DNA of 64,000 bases from Bacteroidota bacterium (GCA_004295015.1 SHNE01000026.1:8675-72674), one strand, 5' to 3'; counted from the stretch's first letter, positions 17,863 to 27,357 are shown. Program-made: numbers and translations. Notes: generated by a model not told the origin, from the letters alone.

Positions 17863-18460
17863 CCACGAATGCACGAATAAAATCGCATCGAAATTGGTGA
17901 TCAAAACCTCAAGATGGACAAAACTTAATGATGAAGAATAATCAGACAGCAGAAAACATTCGTGCATTCGTGGCAAAATAAAAAGACAAAATTAATGCTC
18001 TATAAAAAGTCAATCGCAGAATGCACTAATTACGAATAAAAACACCTTGAAACTGTTGATTAAACCTCAAGATGGACAAAACTTAATGATGAAGAATAAT
18101 CAGACAGCAGAAAACATTCCTGCATTCGTGGCAAAATTAAAAGACAAAATTAATGCTCTATAAAAAGCCAGTCGCAGAATGCACTAATTACGAATAAAAA
18201 TACCTTGAAACTGTTGATTAAACCTCAAGATGGACAAAACTTAATGATGAAGAATAATCAGACAGCAGAAAACATTCCTGCATTCGTGGCTAAATTAAAA
18301 GACAAAATTAATGCTCTATAAAAAGCCAATCGCAGAATGCACTAATTACGAATAAAAACACCTTGAAACTGTTGATTAAACCTGAAGATGGACAAAACTT
18401 AATGATGAAGAATAATCAGACAGCAGAAAACATTCCTGCATTCGTGGCAAAATAAAATAA
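17863..18460. repeat. Tandem array of about 3.8 units of a 158-bp structured repeat, same family as 17185-17295 and 53544-53658
   Basis: Unit phase points (acctcaagatggacaaaac) fall at 17906, 18064, 18222 and 18380, a period of exactly 158 bp. Units are roughly 97-99% identical. The leading partial unit, 17863-17974, is bounded by perfect 17-bp inverted repeats: gccacgaatgcacgaat at 17863-17879 and attcgtgcattcgtggc at 17958-17974. Confidence 0.85.
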
Positions 18461-18464
18461 GCAA

Positions 18465-19541
18465 TTGAAAATTTTAGATAAATATATCATTCGGAAATTC
18501 CTGGGGACATTTTTTTTCTCCCTGACGCTTATTATAGTAATTGCTATTGTCTTTGACATCTCTGAGAAACTCGATGACTTTATAGAACGAAAAGCTCCAA
18601 TAAGAGCGATCATTTTCGATTATTACCTGAATTTCATCCCCTATTTCGCAGACCTCTTCGCGCCGCTGTTTATCTTCATCTCAGTAATTTACTTCACAGC
18701 CAGAATGGCTGCCAATACAGAGATTGTTGCCATTCTCAACAGTGGAATAAGTTTCCGAAGAATGCTATTTCCCTATTTTCTATCTGCAGGAATTCTTGCA
18801 GCCCTATCCTTCTACTTCAACGGATGGGTGATTCCACATTCAAACAAAGTAAAACTGGAATTTGAAAATACGTATATAAAAAACCCTGTAGAATTTAAAG
18901 ACAGAAACCTGCACCGCCAAATTAGTCCAGGTGTTTTCATGTATCTTGAAAGTTATAATAACTCCGAAAACATAGGCTACCGTTTTTCATTGGAAAAAAT
19001 TGAAAATAAAAAAAGAGTCTGGTTCCTTGCTTCAGACAGAATCCTTTGGGATAGCACTGAGAGTAAATGGAGAATTGAAAATTATTACACAAGGGGTGTT
19101 GATGGTTTTAACGAATACCTCAGGAGTGGAAAAAGTTTAGACACTGTTCTCCCTATCTCACCTGCTGATTTCAAGAGACGACTAAATATTATCCAGGCCA
19201 TGGACACGCCTGCGCTGAATGAATTTATTAAAGAAGAGCGATTATCCGGCAGTGGGAATGTGAACGCATACCTCGTAGCCAAATTCAGAAGAATATCTGT
19301 TCCGTTTTCAACTTTTATTTTAATGCTTATCGGAGTCTCACTCTCAAGTCGAAAGGTACGCGGAGGGATTGGAGCCCAGCTGGGGCTGGGAATAACTATC
19401 AGCTTTGCATATATACTCTTTATGCAAATCGCCGATACCTTTGCAATTAATGGAAGTATTCCACCATTACTGGCAGTATGGACTCCAAATATTGTGTTTG
19501 CAGGAATTGCAGTAGCTCTCCTACGCAATGCGCCAAAGTAA
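18465..19541 (+). CDS. LptF/LptG-family (YjgP/YjgQ) LPS export permease
   Basis: 358 aa. The N-terminus MKILDKYIIRKFLGTFFFSLTLIIVIAIVFD is characteristic. Three N-terminal TMs, a periplasmic beta-jellyroll region and three C-terminal TMs are predicted. Confidence 0.8.
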   Translation: MKILDKYIIRKFLGTFFFSLTLIIVIAIVFDISEKLDDFIERKAPIRAIIFDYYLNFIPYFADLFAPLFIFISVIYFTARMAANTEIVAILNSGISFRRMLFPYFLSAGILAALSFYFNGWVIPHSNKVKLEFENTYIKNPVEFKDRNLHRQISPGVFMYLESYNNSENIGYRFSLEKIENKKRVWFLASDRILWDSTESKWRIENYYTRGVDGFNEYLRSGKSLDTVLPISPADFKRRLNIIQAMDTPALNEFIKEERLSGSGNVNAYLVAKFRRISVPFSTFILMLIGVSLSSRKVRGGIGAQLGLGITISFAYILFMQIADTFAINGSIPPLLAVWTPNIVFAGIAVALLRNAPK

Positions 19542-19542
19542 T

Positions 19543-21168
19543 TTAGTCAAGGATAATTTTGATCAATTTGACTGAAGCTCCTGCTTGAACCCGGCAGTAG
19601 TAGATGCCGCTCTTTATACCCTCTGTGTTCAATACCAGATGCTGCTCTCCTGATAATTTTTTCTCCGGCAAAAGTACCCGAACAATTTTCCCCGGGTTGT
19701 TATACAAAGTGATCGAACAAATTTGTTCACTCGGCAAACTGAAGTCCATGAACAACTTGTTGTTAGCAGGATTTGGATAAACCATCAGGTTATTGAGAAC
19801 GTTTTTAATCGGCAAATCAGATCGTGAGCTAATTGTCTTGTCAATGAAAACGTCGTAAACTAAAGCATGCGGACGACTCATCCCTTCAGGATCGATGTCG
19901 GCAATGTTCGGAAAATCACTTTCAATTCCTCCTACAATATAGCCGACGTGAGTCTGTCCTGACAAGGAGTTTAAATCGATTATCTTATTATGAATAAGAG
20001 GGACAGAATCCTTCAAAATAAAAAATGCATTTGATCCAAGCAGTCCGGGCATTTCTACCGGCAATTTATATTCAGTAAGATTTCCGTTTGACTCACGTGT
20101 CACCTTACTTATGGTTCTCACAAAAGGAACGAGTGTATCCTGAATTAATACCTGGTTAACTGTATCTAAAGTATACAAACTCATTCCCCCGAAAAAGACC
20201 GAATGCATCGTATTGTTTAACGAGTCAAACACAGGCATTGCAGCTGAGGTGTATTGACTTAAATTCTGATTGAAAGCTGCCTGATGTATCGTAGAGTTAG
20301 CTGTAATATCTATAGGTGTGAGAAAAGGTAAATCAGCATTTTTCTGAAAGACTCCTCCAAATGCCGTAAATCCAAAATCGCCATTTGGAAATATTTGAGG
20401 CAATAGATTTAAATCACGACGATGGAAATTAGTAGTATCAATTTCCGTGTGATAGTTGCTGATCGCCAAATTCACTCCGTCATCTGAGATTCCAAATTTT
20501 CTTATTTCATGTGTATAGGTCTGAGTAAAAGTTCCAAGAGTGGTGTTCCTTGCATAGCGCCCATCAAACCGGTGACCAAATACGAGATAATAAGTTGAAT
20601 CAATTTTTTCCAACATCCCTCCTGCTACAGCCATGTTGCTATCAATCACCTGCCGGAAACAAGATGAGATCGGACCGGAGGAAGCAATACTGCTCAACAG
20701 GCACGAAAGATCTACCGAGATCAAACTATGAAAAGTCAGCCATGTATTCTGACTTGCCATCTTCCCATAGCCGCCTATCATATAGAGGTAGTTGCCATCC
20801 TGATAAAACTGCATGTTCGCCGAACTTATGGCTTCAAAGACTGATGGAGGTAGTTGTGAGGCATCGGCAGCCATGAGTACATTAGTGCCAGGGTCAAGGA
20901 TATAGATTGAATCATTTCTTCCATAAGCCGGAAATGCCTGATTGCTTTGCATGATATGCAAGCCATCAATTCTTCCTCCTATAAAAATCCATTTATTATT
21001 CCATTTAGCCACCGCACCCGAGTGCAAAGGTGGAACAGCATTAACCGTAGAAGGCTGGATACTTATACCAAAACCATGCTGTGCTTCGGTAAATGAAGGC
21101 GACAGAACTATAAGACAAAACAAAACAAACTGAAGAATCTGAATTTTACTTACCTGATTATACGTCAT
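19543..21168 (-). CDS. T9SS type A cargo protein with a Kelch/galactose-oxidase-like beta-propeller
   Basis: 541 aa with a signal peptide. Repeated WIFIGGR, YMIGGY and VFFGGM blades are present. The C-terminal roughly 80 aa (VYPNPANNKLFMDF...GIYYCRV...KLIKIIL) match the T9SS Por C-terminal sorting domain. Confidence 0.7.
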   Translation of the reverse strand: MTYNQVSKIQILQFVLFCLIVLSPSFTEAQHGFGISIQPSTVNAVPPLHSGAVAKWNNKWIFIGGRIDGLHIMQSNQAFPAYGRNDSIYILDPGTNVLMAADASQLPPSVFEAISSANMQFYQDGNYLYMIGGYGKMASQNTWLTFHSLISVDLSCLLSSIASSGPISSCFRQVIDSNMAVAGGMLEKIDSTYYLVFGHRFDGRYARNTTLGTFTQTYTHEIRKFGISDDGVNLAISNYHTEIDTTNFHRRDLNLLPQIFPNGDFGFTAFGGVFQKNADLPFLTPIDITANSTIHQAAFNQNLSQYTSAAMPVFDSLNNTMHSVFFGGMSLYTLDTVNQVLIQDTLVPFVRTISKVTRESNGNLTEYKLPVEMPGLLGSNAFFILKDSVPLIHNKIIDLNSLSGQTHVGYIVGGIESDFPNIADIDPEGMSRPHALVYDVFIDKTISSRSDLPIKNVLNNLMVYPNPANNKLFMDFSLPSEQICSITLYNNPGKIVRVLLPEKKLSGEQHLVLNTEGIKSGIYYCRVQAGASVKLIKIILD

Positions 21169-21182
21169 TGCTGATCTTCAAT

Positions 21183-23060
21183 TTAATTCACCTGCATCCT
21201 ACGAACAGAAGTATTCAGACCATCATTCAATTTAACCAAATACATCCCACGATCTTTTATTTTGTAATCCGGTCGAAACTTTGTTGTACCTGCGTTTACT
21301 TCTATACTTTCAGAATACAATACTTGTCCCAACATAGTACTGATCTCGATATTCAGACTTTTGGTTCGATCACTGGAGATTTCCAAAGTAAAAGTACCAT
21401 GGTTAGGGTTCGGGAATAATGAAACGGTTTTCAACCAGGTATTATCATAAATTCCGACACAAGCATCAACACGAACTATTTGCGAAGTTTCGTAACGGCA
21501 TCCGGCCGGTGTTATGTAGGTGTATTTAATTTCATGCAATCCTTCACCTGCAACAGGCGGTTCGAAAACGAAACATGTAACACCTGTACCTGAAAATGTT
21601 CCGCCGGGTATGGAGGGCTGCAAATTAACCGACTGCGTATAGGTACAATACAAGGTATCTAAACCAACAATTTGAACATTCACCGGCGTTCCCAGAACTA
21701 CTTCTATCGTATCAGAATTGCTGCATAGTGTGTTTGGATTTGTAACTTCAACAATATAAGTGCCCGCCTGAGTCGTTAGCAGCTCGCTGCTATCTTCAGG
21801 TAAAACGTTTCCGTTATGGTACCACGTATAGGTAAAATCCCGGCCTGCCGGAACACTTAAATTAGCAAATCCATATCCACAATCATTCAAGGTATCCAAG
21901 TCACAATTTATACTCGCAACCGGGGTACAATCATTAGACATAAATTTATAAATAGATCCACCCAATGATGCGATATATAAATCACCCCATTTATCTTCTC
22001 CAAAACTTGAATAAGAAGAGCCTAATAAAGTTCCGAGTGTAGTTTTATTAAAACCACCCATGCCATCACTTTCCAAAGTATACATTGTTGGAGTGCAATA
22101 GTCTGTGAAAAAATACTTTCCAAACATATCATTGTAGCGTGAGCCTCTGTAAACATAGCCTCCTGTCACAGAACAACCAAAAGAATGTGAATAGGTGGAA
22201 ACGGGAGCCACATAATTGCTCATTGGCAGACAACCGCCGGCAAGATTATAAGTAGAGTTCCCCTCATAACAACGCCATCCATAATTTAAGCCTCCAGGTG
22301 CATTTGCAGGCTGAAAATCTATTTCTTCAGCTGCCCCCTGTCCAACATCACCTATCCAAAGATCACCGGTACAGCGATCAAAACTCCATCTCCATGGATT
22401 ACGAAGTCCCAATGCCCAAATCTCAGCCCGGCCTTGTGATCCACCACACAGGTATGGATTGGTGGGAGGAATTTTATATCCGGGATATGCAGGATTTACT
22501 TCAATACGTAACATTTTACCAAGTAATGAATCCGGATTCTGTGAACGGTTCTCCGGATCACCTCCTGAACCACCATCACCGGTGCCTATATACAAGTAAC
22601 CATCGGCACCAAAGGCAAGATGACCACCATTATGATTTGAATATGGCTGCCAGATTTCCAAAAGAATTTCTTCGCTTGAATCATTGGCAATATTCGAATC
22701 AAGAGGAGTAACTTTAAACCTGGATATCCTCGTGTTGCCTCTCGTTTGAGCAGTATAATTGACATAAAAAAATCCACTCTCCTGATAATCCGGAGCGAAA
22801 GCTAGTCCAAGAAGACCTTGTTCACTACCTGTCTTCACACGGGTGTGAATATCAAGAAAAGGAGTGCTAAGCCGATTTCCGGCTGTATCAAAAATATAAA
22901 TGTAACCGGGTTGATCAACGACGAAGAGCCTTTCATCTCCACAATTTTTTATATCGACAGGGCTGGATAAACCGGAAGCGAAAGGAACCAGAGATACCTG
23001 GGCCTTGGTAAAAAAACAAGAAAGTATTAGGATAGAACTCAGAGTAATTATACGACGCAT
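21183..23060 (-). CDS. PQQ-dependent sugar dehydrogenase (soluble glucose/sorbosone dehydrogenase fold) fused to Ig-like domains and a T9SS type A C-terminal domain
   Basis: 625 aa. GLLGLAFAPDY, NHNGGHLAFGADGYLYIGTGDGG and NPWRWSFD are SGDH beta-propeller signatures. The C-terminus LFPNPNHGTFTLEI...GMYLVKL is a T9SS C-terminal domain. Confidence 0.75.
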   Translation of the reverse strand: MRRIITLSSILILSCFFTKAQVSLVPFASGLSSPVDIKNCGDERLFVVDQPGYIYIFDTAGNRLSTPFLDIHTRVKTGSEQGLLGLAFAPDYQESGFFYVNYTAQTRGNTRISRFKVTPLDSNIANDSSEEILLEIWQPYSNHNGGHLAFGADGYLYIGTGDGGSGGDPENRSQNPDSLLGKMLRIEVNPAYPGYKIPPTNPYLCGGSQGRAEIWALGLRNPWRWSFDRCTGDLWIGDVGQGAAEEIDFQPANAPGGLNYGWRCYEGNSTYNLAGGCLPMSNYVAPVSTYSHSFGCSVTGGYVYRGSRYNDMFGKYFFTDYCTPTMYTLESDGMGGFNKTTLGTLLGSSYSSFGEDKWGDLYIASLGGSIYKFMSNDCTPVASINCDLDTLNDCGYGFANLSVPAGRDFTYTWYHNGNVLPEDSSELLTTQAGTYIVEVTNPNTLCSNSDTIEVVLGTPVNVQIVGLDTLYCTYTQSVNLQPSIPGGTFSGTGVTCFVFEPPVAGEGLHEIKYTYITPAGCRYETSQIVRVDACVGIYDNTWLKTVSLFPNPNHGTFTLEISSDRTKSLNIEISTMLGQVLYSESIEVNAGTTKFRPDYKIKDRGMYLVKLNDGLNTSVRRMQVN

Positions 23061-23224
23061 AGGAATGGGGATTTATTTGAAAGCAAAAATAGCATTTCAA
23101 ATGATATTCCCAATAAAATCCCTTGACCGGACAGAACTAATCTGCTAAAAAGATGCACAGATGGCCACTAATAGAAAAGTCCGGATAAACCGGACTTCTT
23201 TCTGCGTTAATTCAGAGAGCTAAT

Positions 23225-23449
23225 TCAGAAAATAACAGTGAAAGAGAAGAAAACAATCGCCGATACAAGGATTGCGTCTACGACCAATATCATGTACAGA
23301 CTAATTGGCAGCCTTTCTTCTTCCAAATCATTCTGAATCGGATAGGTTTTAGGCTCATCTTCTTGCATGTGATTGTACGTTACAACCGGCTCATTTTTCA
23401 TAGGAGAACTTTTTTCTAAGAATACAACGTTTGAGAAAGCTCTGGCCAT
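23225..23449 (-). CDS. Hypothetical small protein with a C-terminal TM helix
   Basis: 74-aa ORF in an otherwise empty interval. A hydrophobic C-terminus is the only supporting feature. Confidence 0.25.
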   Translation of the reverse strand: MARAFSNVVFLEKSSPMKNEPVVTYNHMQEDEPKTYPIQNDLEEERLPISLYMILVVDAILVSAIVFFSFTVIF

Positions 23450-23709
23450 CAGAAAGCGCTGAACTATTACATGTGTAACATTTCATACTAAGAAATGTTC
23501 ATTTTATCAGGCAGTATTTCAATCCTGTATAAAGTTCAACAATAGCGTAACTTTCACTCTGAAAAGGACTGTAAGATTATCACCAAAAATGAGCTATCTT
23601 GTAGCCAAGCCATTTAACCGCAACGAATTTACTTTCTACTTACAATCGTTCGGCAAATTTCGATTCAAAAGAAATCTTCGTCTACAATAAACAACTAAAA
23701 ATTTCGATT

Positions 23710-24606
23710 ATGGCCTTCGCCAAAAACGTACTTCTTATTGAACCAATAAAATTCCATTCCAACCCGCAGACTGCAGCTGATAATAACTTTCAAATTAAAA
23801 GCAATGAAAACAAAAACGTTCAGGAGCTGGCAATGATTGAATTTAACGGACTGGAAAGGCTGCTTAAGGAGCATGGAATTGGTGTAGAAATAATTAAAAT
23901 TACTGACGAGCACCAAACACCCGATGCACTATTTCCCAATAATTGGTTTTCAACCCATGCAAACGGAACCATGGTACTTTATCCGATGAAGGCACAAAAC
24001 CGGCGACTGGAGCGAAGACCTTCGATTATTGAAAAACTGCACACCAAGTATCCAAACCTGATAGACCTGAGCAGAAATGAAGACCGTGGTTTATACCTGG
24101 AAGGAACAGGAAGTATAATAATTGATACAAAAAACAATAGGGCTTATGCTGCACTTTCAGAAAGGACAAGTTCAAATCTTCTCTATGAATGGAGTAAAAA
24201 AACAAACTACGAAACCATCACATTCACCGCATATGATCAGAATGAAAAAGTAATATATCATACTAACGTCCTAATGACTATTGGCGAAGGCTTTTGTATA
24301 ATTTGCACCTTGGCAATCAAGGACACCGATGAAAAGAGACTTGTTCGAAAATCCTTAACAGAAACAGGGCATGAAATAATCGACATCAGCTTTGATCAGT
24401 TGAATAAATTTTGCGGAAATTGTCTTCAACTGGTGAATGAGAGCGGAGAAAAATTGTTACTAATGTCTTCTCAGGCTTTTGAAGCCTTTAACGAAAAACA
24501 GCTAATGACAATTCAGAAATACAGCAAAATAATTCACACACCTCTCTACACAATCGAATCACATGGCGGTGGAGGAGCACGATGTATGGTGGCGGAATTG
24601 TTTTAG
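23710..24606 (+). CDS. Amidinotransferase-superfamily protein (arginine deiminase-related, CtlX-like)
   Basis: 298 aa. The C-terminal ESHGGGGARCMVAELF carries the catalytic Cys motif of the amidinotransferase/ADI/DDAH superfamily. Confidence 0.6.
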   Translation: MAFAKNVLLIEPIKFHSNPQTAADNNFQIKSNENKNVQELAMIEFNGLERLLKEHGIGVEIIKITDEHQTPDALFPNNWFSTHANGTMVLYPMKAQNRRLERRPSIIEKLHTKYPNLIDLSRNEDRGLYLEGTGSIIIDTKNNRAYAALSERTSSNLLYEWSKKTNYETITFTAYDQNEKVIYHTNVLMTIGEGFCIICTLAIKDTDEKRLVRKSLTETGHEIIDISFDQLNKFCGNCLQLVNESGEKLLLMSSQAFEAFNEKQLMTIQKYSKIIHTPLYTIESHGGGGARCMVAELF

Positions 24607-24716
24607 AAGAACCAGTACATTTTTCTTCCAAATAATTGCCAAAAAACGATCTATACAAAAACAATATTATTTATTTTTACCCTTAACTTCAGGACTTAAG
24701 ATTAATTCCTCTTCAC

Positions 24717-26273
24717 ATGAAAAAAATTATACTCCTGCTCCTTGCTCTTCCTTGTATCAGCCATGCACAAACAACATGGTCGAATTCCGTAGCGAATATT
24801 TTGTATTCCAGATGCACTTCCTGCCATCATAATGGAGGGATAGCACCATTTTCACTAATGACTTACAGTGATGCGAATTCAAACAGCGGAGATATAGAAG
24901 ATGTCATTCTCAGTGGAGAAATGCCACCCTGGCCTCCCGATTCTCAATTCGCACGCTATGCACATGAAAGGTTACTCACGATCCAGGAACGAAACGACAT
25001 TCTGGATTGGGTGACACAAGGCGCTTTGTCAGGAGACACCAGCCTTGCCCCTGCTGCTCCGATCTATACAGGTTTGGGAGAGATTCAGAATCCTGACCTG
25101 ATCAGCAGAATGCCAACCTTTGCCGTAAATACAGTAAATGATTTGTATCGGTGCTTTGTAATTCCATCCGGAATTACCACAGATCAGTACATAACAGAAC
25201 TTGAAGCTCTGCCGGGAAACAGAAGCATAGTCCATCATATTCTAATCTATGAAGATACGAGCTCTGTTCCCGCGCAACTTGACGCATCTGATCCCGGTCC
25301 CGGTTACACCAATTTTGGAGGTACCGGCTCCTTTGCTTCCAAATTGATAGGAATCTGGGTACCCGGACAACAAGTATCAAGACTCCCTGCAGGGATGGGA
25401 ATAAAATTATCTGCCAACACCAATATTGTGATTCAGGTTCATTATCCCGGTGGAACAACTGGTCAGAGCGACAGTACCGAAATACGTTTTAAATTGACCG
25501 GTACTCCATTAAGAGAAATTTCAATTAATCCTCCATTAAATCATTATCAACTGGACAACGGTCCTCTGTTTATCCCGGCCAATACCACAAAAACCTTTAC
25601 TGCGCAATATACTTTACCTGTTGATGTAAGTGTTCTTGCAGTCGGACCACACATGCACCTCATAGGGAAAAGCATCACTTCCTATGGTGTTACCCCTACG
25701 CAGGATACGATACCGTTCATTCACATACCGCATTGGGACTTTCACTGGCAAGGCACCTATTCTTTTCAAAAGGTTCTTCATGTTCCTGCCGGAACTACAC
25801 TCTATTCATCTGCATTTTATGACAACACCACTGCAAATCTTCACAACCCGAACAATCCTCCACAAAATGTGAGTTTGGGTGAATCTACGACTGATGAAAT
25901 GATGTTGGTTTACTTTGCCTATACTGCCTACCAACCGGGTGATGAAAATATTATTCAGGACAGCTCAATAATTTTGAGTAATCAGGAAATTGCATTTACT
26001 GATATAGTTAGTACTGTTCAGCTTTATTCTCCAAGTCCAAATCCTGCAAGGAACAGGACGAGTATAAAATTCCTTTTACCCTACAAAACGAAAGCCCATT
26101 TGTCTATCACTGATATTCAAGGAAAAGTGCTGTGGCTTGACAAACAAAATAATGAGCGAGGTGCAGGATATCATACTGTAGAAGTTTCTTTATCGGATTT
26201 CGGCAGAGGAATATACACGGTAACCTTAAGTGGTCCTGATTTTATCAAATCAAAAAAACTGATCCTGGACTAA
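24717..26273 (+). CDS. Secreted copper type II ascorbate-dependent monooxygenase-like protein (PHM/DBH fold) with an N-terminal CxxCH motif and a T9SS type A C-terminal domain
   Basis: 518 aa with a signal peptide. His173-His174 and His242 fit the CuH site. H312-M-H314 and Met395/396 fit the CuM site. The 68/70/81-residue spacings are close to the 64/70/70 spacings of PHM. Y-R-C-FVIP lies upstream. CTSCH at residues 33-37 is a CxxCH heme-attachment-like motif. The C-terminus LYSPSPNPARNRTSIKF...GIYTVTL is a T9SS C-terminal domain. Confidence 0.7.
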   Translation: MKKIILLLLALPCISHAQTTWSNSVANILYSRCTSCHHNGGIAPFSLMTYSDANSNSGDIEDVILSGEMPPWPPDSQFARYAHERLLTIQERNDILDWVTQGALSGDTSLAPAAPIYTGLGEIQNPDLISRMPTFAVNTVNDLYRCFVIPSGITTDQYITELEALPGNRSIVHHILIYEDTSSVPAQLDASDPGPGYTNFGGTGSFASKLIGIWVPGQQVSRLPAGMGIKLSANTNIVIQVHYPGGTTGQSDSTEIRFKLTGTPLREISINPPLNHYQLDNGPLFIPANTTKTFTAQYTLPVDVSVLAVGPHMHLIGKSITSYGVTPTQDTIPFIHIPHWDFHWQGTYSFQKVLHVPAGTTLYSSAFYDNTTANLHNPNNPPQNVSLGESTTDEMMLVYFAYTAYQPGDENIIQDSSIILSNQEIAFTDIVSTVQLYSPSPNPARNRTSIKFLLPYKTKAHLSITDIQGKVLWLDKQNNERGAGYHTVEVSLSDFGRGIYTVTLSGPDFIKSKKLILD

Positions 26274-26287
26274 ATAGTTAAATTCCA

Positions 26288-26635
26288 ATGAACATTGAAG
26301 AGCTTCGAAAACTTTGCACGTCTTTGCCGGATGTAACAGAAGACATCAAATGGGAGAATCACTTGTGTTTCAATATTGGCGGCAAAATGTTTTGCATTTT
26401 AGGACTTGACCAAGTTCCTGTCACTGCATCATTTAAAACAAGTGATGAAGATTTTACACTTCTGTCCACACGTGAAGGATTTCGTCCTGCGCCCTACCTG
26501 GCAAGGTATAAGTGGATACATACATCAGACATAAATAATCTAAGTACGAAGGATTGGAAAAAACTAATTTCGGAATCTTACAGGCTGATAAAATCAAAGC
26601 TTCCTAAGAAAATTCTAATTACTCTTGAGAATTAA
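26288..26635 (+). CDS. MmcQ/YjbR-family protein
   Basis: 115 aa. LPDVTEDIKWENHLCFNIGGKMFCIL is the conserved MmcQ/YjbR core. Confidence 0.7.
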   Translation: MNIEELRKLCTSLPDVTEDIKWENHLCFNIGGKMFCILGLDQVPVTASFKTSDEDFTLLSTREGFRPAPYLARYKWIHTSDINNLSTKDWKKLISESYRLIKSKLPKKILITLEN

Positions 26636-26661
26636 CCCGAAAAAAAAATTTTTCAATTGCT

Positions 26662-27357
26662 ATGTCTGAAAGTTTTAAAACCCGGAACGAATTAGATAAA
26701 AAACTTATTGAACTAAGAGAAGCTTTTCTTGAGGCAGGTGACCCTTCGAAGGTTGAAACCATGTCTTCTTATATGAAAAACAAATTCGCATTTCTCGGTC
26801 TCCAAAAACCGGTTCGTGAAAAAATCGTAAAACCATGGATTAAAACAATGTCAGATCTGACTTGGCCGGAAATGAAAAGAGCAGCGACCTGGCTGTGGGA
26901 ACAGGAAGAAAGAGAATTTCAATATGTGGCAATGGAACTCCTTTTCAGGAATAAAAAACAGTGGAATGAAGAGAGTATAAATTATTTTGAGAAGCTCATT
27001 CAAAAGAAAGCTTGGTGGGATACAGTGGATAATATCGCTTCAACATTAATTGGCTACTACTTTAAAAAATTTCCATCTGCTAAAAATACCAAGGTAAAAG
27101 AGTGGATAAGAAGCAAGAATATGTGGCTTAACCGCACAGCCATGATTTTTCAACTTAAGTACAAAACCGATACGGATACAAAACTTCTATTTGAAGCCAT
27201 CACAGCACATCTGAACTCCCACGAATTTTTTATTCAAAAAGCAATAGGCTGGTCACTTCGACAATTAGCATACACCGATCAGGCTTTGGTAAAAAAATTT
27301 GTAAGAGAACACGAATTGAAGCCATTGAGCAAGAGAGAAGCTCTCAAACATTTTTAA
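26662..27357 (+). CDS. DNA alkylation repair protein (AlkD/AlkC-like HEAT-repeat glycosylase family)
   Basis: 231 aa. It is all-helical with WW/WxxRxA repeats (AWWDTVDNIA, KAIGWSLRQLA) typical of AlkD-like proteins. Confidence 0.7.
   Translation: MSESFKTRNELDKKLIELREAFLEAGDPSKVETMSSYMKNKFAFLGLQKPVREKIVKPWIKTMSDLTWPEMKRAATWLWEQEEREFQYVAMELLFRNKKQWNEESINYFEKLIQKKAWWDTVDNIASTLIGYYFKKFPSAKNTKVKEWIRSKNMWLNRTAMIFQLKYKTDTDTKLLFEAITAHLNSHEFFIQKAIGWSLRQLAYTDQALVKKFVREHELKPLSKREALKHF

Noticed and set aside
18416-18613. A 65-aa ORF on the minus strand spanning the end of the repeat array and the lptG start
   Set aside because: It is antisense to a well-supported LptF/LptG N-terminus and lies partly within repeat sequence. 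It is an ORF-caller artefact.
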